A DNA stretch of 64,000 nt, from positions 162,320 through 226,319 of the forward strand of contig RFGC01000038.1 in NCBI GenBank assembly GCA_003697135.1, written 5' to 3'. Below are positions 62,729 to 64,000 of this stretch, piece after piece. The notes beneath the pieces were generated by a model. It did no database searches. It was given only the letters and a program-made list of their open reading frames with translations, and was not told the origin of the DNA. The stretch is from Acidobacteriota bacterium (lineage in GTDB: Bacteria > Acidobacteriota > Blastocatellia > Pyrinomonadales > Pyrinomonadaceae). Within the stretch, counting starts at the first letter, position 1. Every line of letters begins with the position of its first letter. The translations under genes were made by a program, and so were the position numbers.

Positions 62729-63589
62729 ATGAAAAAAATTTTTGTCTTGCTTGTTGTTCTAGGCTTGCTCAACATAGCTTCTTTCGCACAAGTTCAAATT
62801 TGGAGTTACTTCAGTGATTCTGGTTATCTAGGAGTGCAGGTTCAGGAAGTCACAAAAGAGAATTACTCAAAGTATGGGCTTAGCTCTGTTCAGGGTGTTG
62901 CTGTTGAAGAAGTCATTAAAGATTCTCCAGCAGCACAAGCCGGTATTCAAGCAGGTGATGTTATAATTCGCTTTAACCGTGAAGAAGTGACTAGTGTCCG
63001 TAAGCTGAGAAGGCTGATTTCGGAAGTCGCTCCCGATCATCAAGCGAAAATAACCGTTCTGCGCAAAGGAAAGGAAATTGAATTCACCGTTACTTTGGGA
63101 AAGAAATCTGAACCGCAAATAGAAAATATCAGAATCCCAATGCCGAAACTTCCTGAAAGAATAGAAATTCCACCGATAGAACCGCCGTTATTGCCGGACT
63201 ACAGAGATCATGTTTTTGTATTTCGCGGCGCTAACCGTCGAATCGGCGTTGAAATAATGCCTTTAACAAAACAACTCGGTGAATACTTTGGTGTTGCTGA
63301 CGGCAAAGGTCTTTTGGTAACTCAAGTCAAACCCGACTCACCAGCGGCAAAAGCAGGTATTCGTGCTGGCGACGTTATAGTCGAGGTTGAAGGCAAACAA
63401 GTTTCAAATTTCAGGGATTTAGTCAACGCCATTAACAGCAAAGATGAAGGCGATGTGACGATAACCATCGTCCGAGACCGAAATCGCCAGTCGTTTACCT
63501 TGAAACCTGAAAAAATAAAAGCAGAAAGATTCTATTACCCGGACGAATCTTTTGAAAACTATAAAAGTATCCGAAGAGAGATACTCTAA
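62729..63589 (+). CDS. Secreted tandem-PDZ protein without a protease domain
   Basis: AAGGAGG Shine-Dalgarno and a signal peptide. Two PDZ units centred on DSPAAQAGIQAGDVII and DSPAAKAGIRAGDVIV. Confidence 0.85.
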   Translation: MKKIFVLLVVLGLLNIASFAQVQIWSYFSDSGYLGVQVQEVTKENYSKYGLSSVQGVAVEEVIKDSPAAQAGIQAGDVIIRFNREEVTSVRKLRRLISEVAPDHQAKITVLRKGKEIEFTVTLGKKSEPQIENIRIPMPKLPERIEIPPIEPPLLPDYRDHVFVFRGANRRIGVEIMPLTKQLGEYFGVADGKGLLVTQVKPDSPAAKAGIRAGDVIVEVEGKQVSNFRDLVNAINSKDEGDVTITIVRDRNRQSFTLKPEKIKAERFYYPDESFENYKSIRREIL

Positions 63590-63603
63590 AACCGAACAAA
63601 AAA

Positions 63604-63631
63604 GCCGAGAGTTAGCTCTTCAACTCTCGGC
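63604..63631 (-). terminator. Perfect 10-bp hairpin between convergent genes; intrinsic terminator, strongest for the minus-strand gene
   Basis: GCCGAGAGTT (63604-63613) pairs with AACTCTCGGC (63622-63631), with an 8-nt loop. On the minus strand it is followed by TTTTTTGTTCGGTTTT. Confidence 0.55.
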
Positions 63632-63661
63632 CAATTTATGCTTTAGCAAGGTTCAGAAACT

Positions 63662-64000
63662 TCAGAAAACGCTTATCGAAAGACCTTTAGTTGATATTTT
63701 CCAATCCGAAAGAACTTTAACGCCGGGTAGCTTTGACAATGCCGATTCGAGATCAGCTTTTCGACCTTCTTCGCAGAAAAAAGCAATGCATCCGCCCCCG
63801 CCCGCACCGCAAACCTTCGGGGCTACAGCACCATTTGAAAGCGCAAAATCAATGACTTGATCCATGTGAGGCGTTGTTATGTTCTCGAAAAATCTCTTTC
63901 TCTCAAGATGAGCCTGATATAGAATCTCTCCAACAAGTTTCCAGTCTCTTTCTACCAACGCTTGTCTAAAGCTCAACGCATTATCTCGTATCCCTTCGAG
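63662..64000 (-). CDS. GHMP-family kinase, C-terminal part (5' end outside window)
   Basis: The frame stays open to base 64000 (LEGIRDNA precedes the listed TTG). GHMP motif III KVCGAGGGGC is present. Confidence 0.8.
   Translation of the reverse strand, partial: LEGIRDNALSFRQALVERDWKLVGEILYQAHLERKRFFENITTPHMDQVIDFALSNGAVAPKVCGAGGGGCIAFFCEEGRKADLESALSKLPGVKVLSDWKISTKGLSISVF

Overview
This is a 64-kb chromosomal segment made up mostly of housekeeping and envelope genes on both strands. The gene content looks Acidobacteriota-like: a giant CarboxypepD_reg/TonB-dependent receptor and many secreted peptidases. That taxonomic call is inference only. Core genes I recognise are glnA (partial), nusB, ligA, a split methylmalonyl-CoA mutase subunit, thiD, yvcK(glmR)-glmU-glmS, a pilN-pilO module, secA, gyrA and tRNA-Thr(CGU). 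I saw no transposase, integrase, prophage or cas genes.

The main observations are:
1. A stand-alone CRISPR array lies at 20511-21933, with 20 identical 36-bp repeats and 19 spacers. No cas gene lies within 20 kb on one side or 42 kb on the other. The array is probably read on the minus strand from a 311-bp leader. One spacer consists of four copies of a 9-nt unit.
2. gyrA is interrupted by a 342-aa intein (59876-60901). It sits inside the quinolone-resistance region, just before GKYHPHGD, and not at the classical mycobacterial RY/TE site. Its LAGLIDADG motif looks decayed.
3. A co-directional TetR / TonB-receptor / KAS-III-like / acyl-CoA ligase / secreted hydrolase / MaoC dehydratase / MFS cluster runs from 33852 to 43581. 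The KAS III homologue reads Cys-Thr-Tyr where FabH has Cys-His-Asn. A shared 13-nt near-palindrome flanks tetR.
4. NusB carries an internal insertion of about 140 aa.
5. A perfect 12-bp hairpin buries the yvcK start codon.
6. A membrane-anchored alpha/beta-hydrolase-fold protein has lost both its Ser and its His.

All function calls come from reading motifs by eye in the supplied translations. No database search or folding computation was possible, so start codons and all regulatory calls are provisional.
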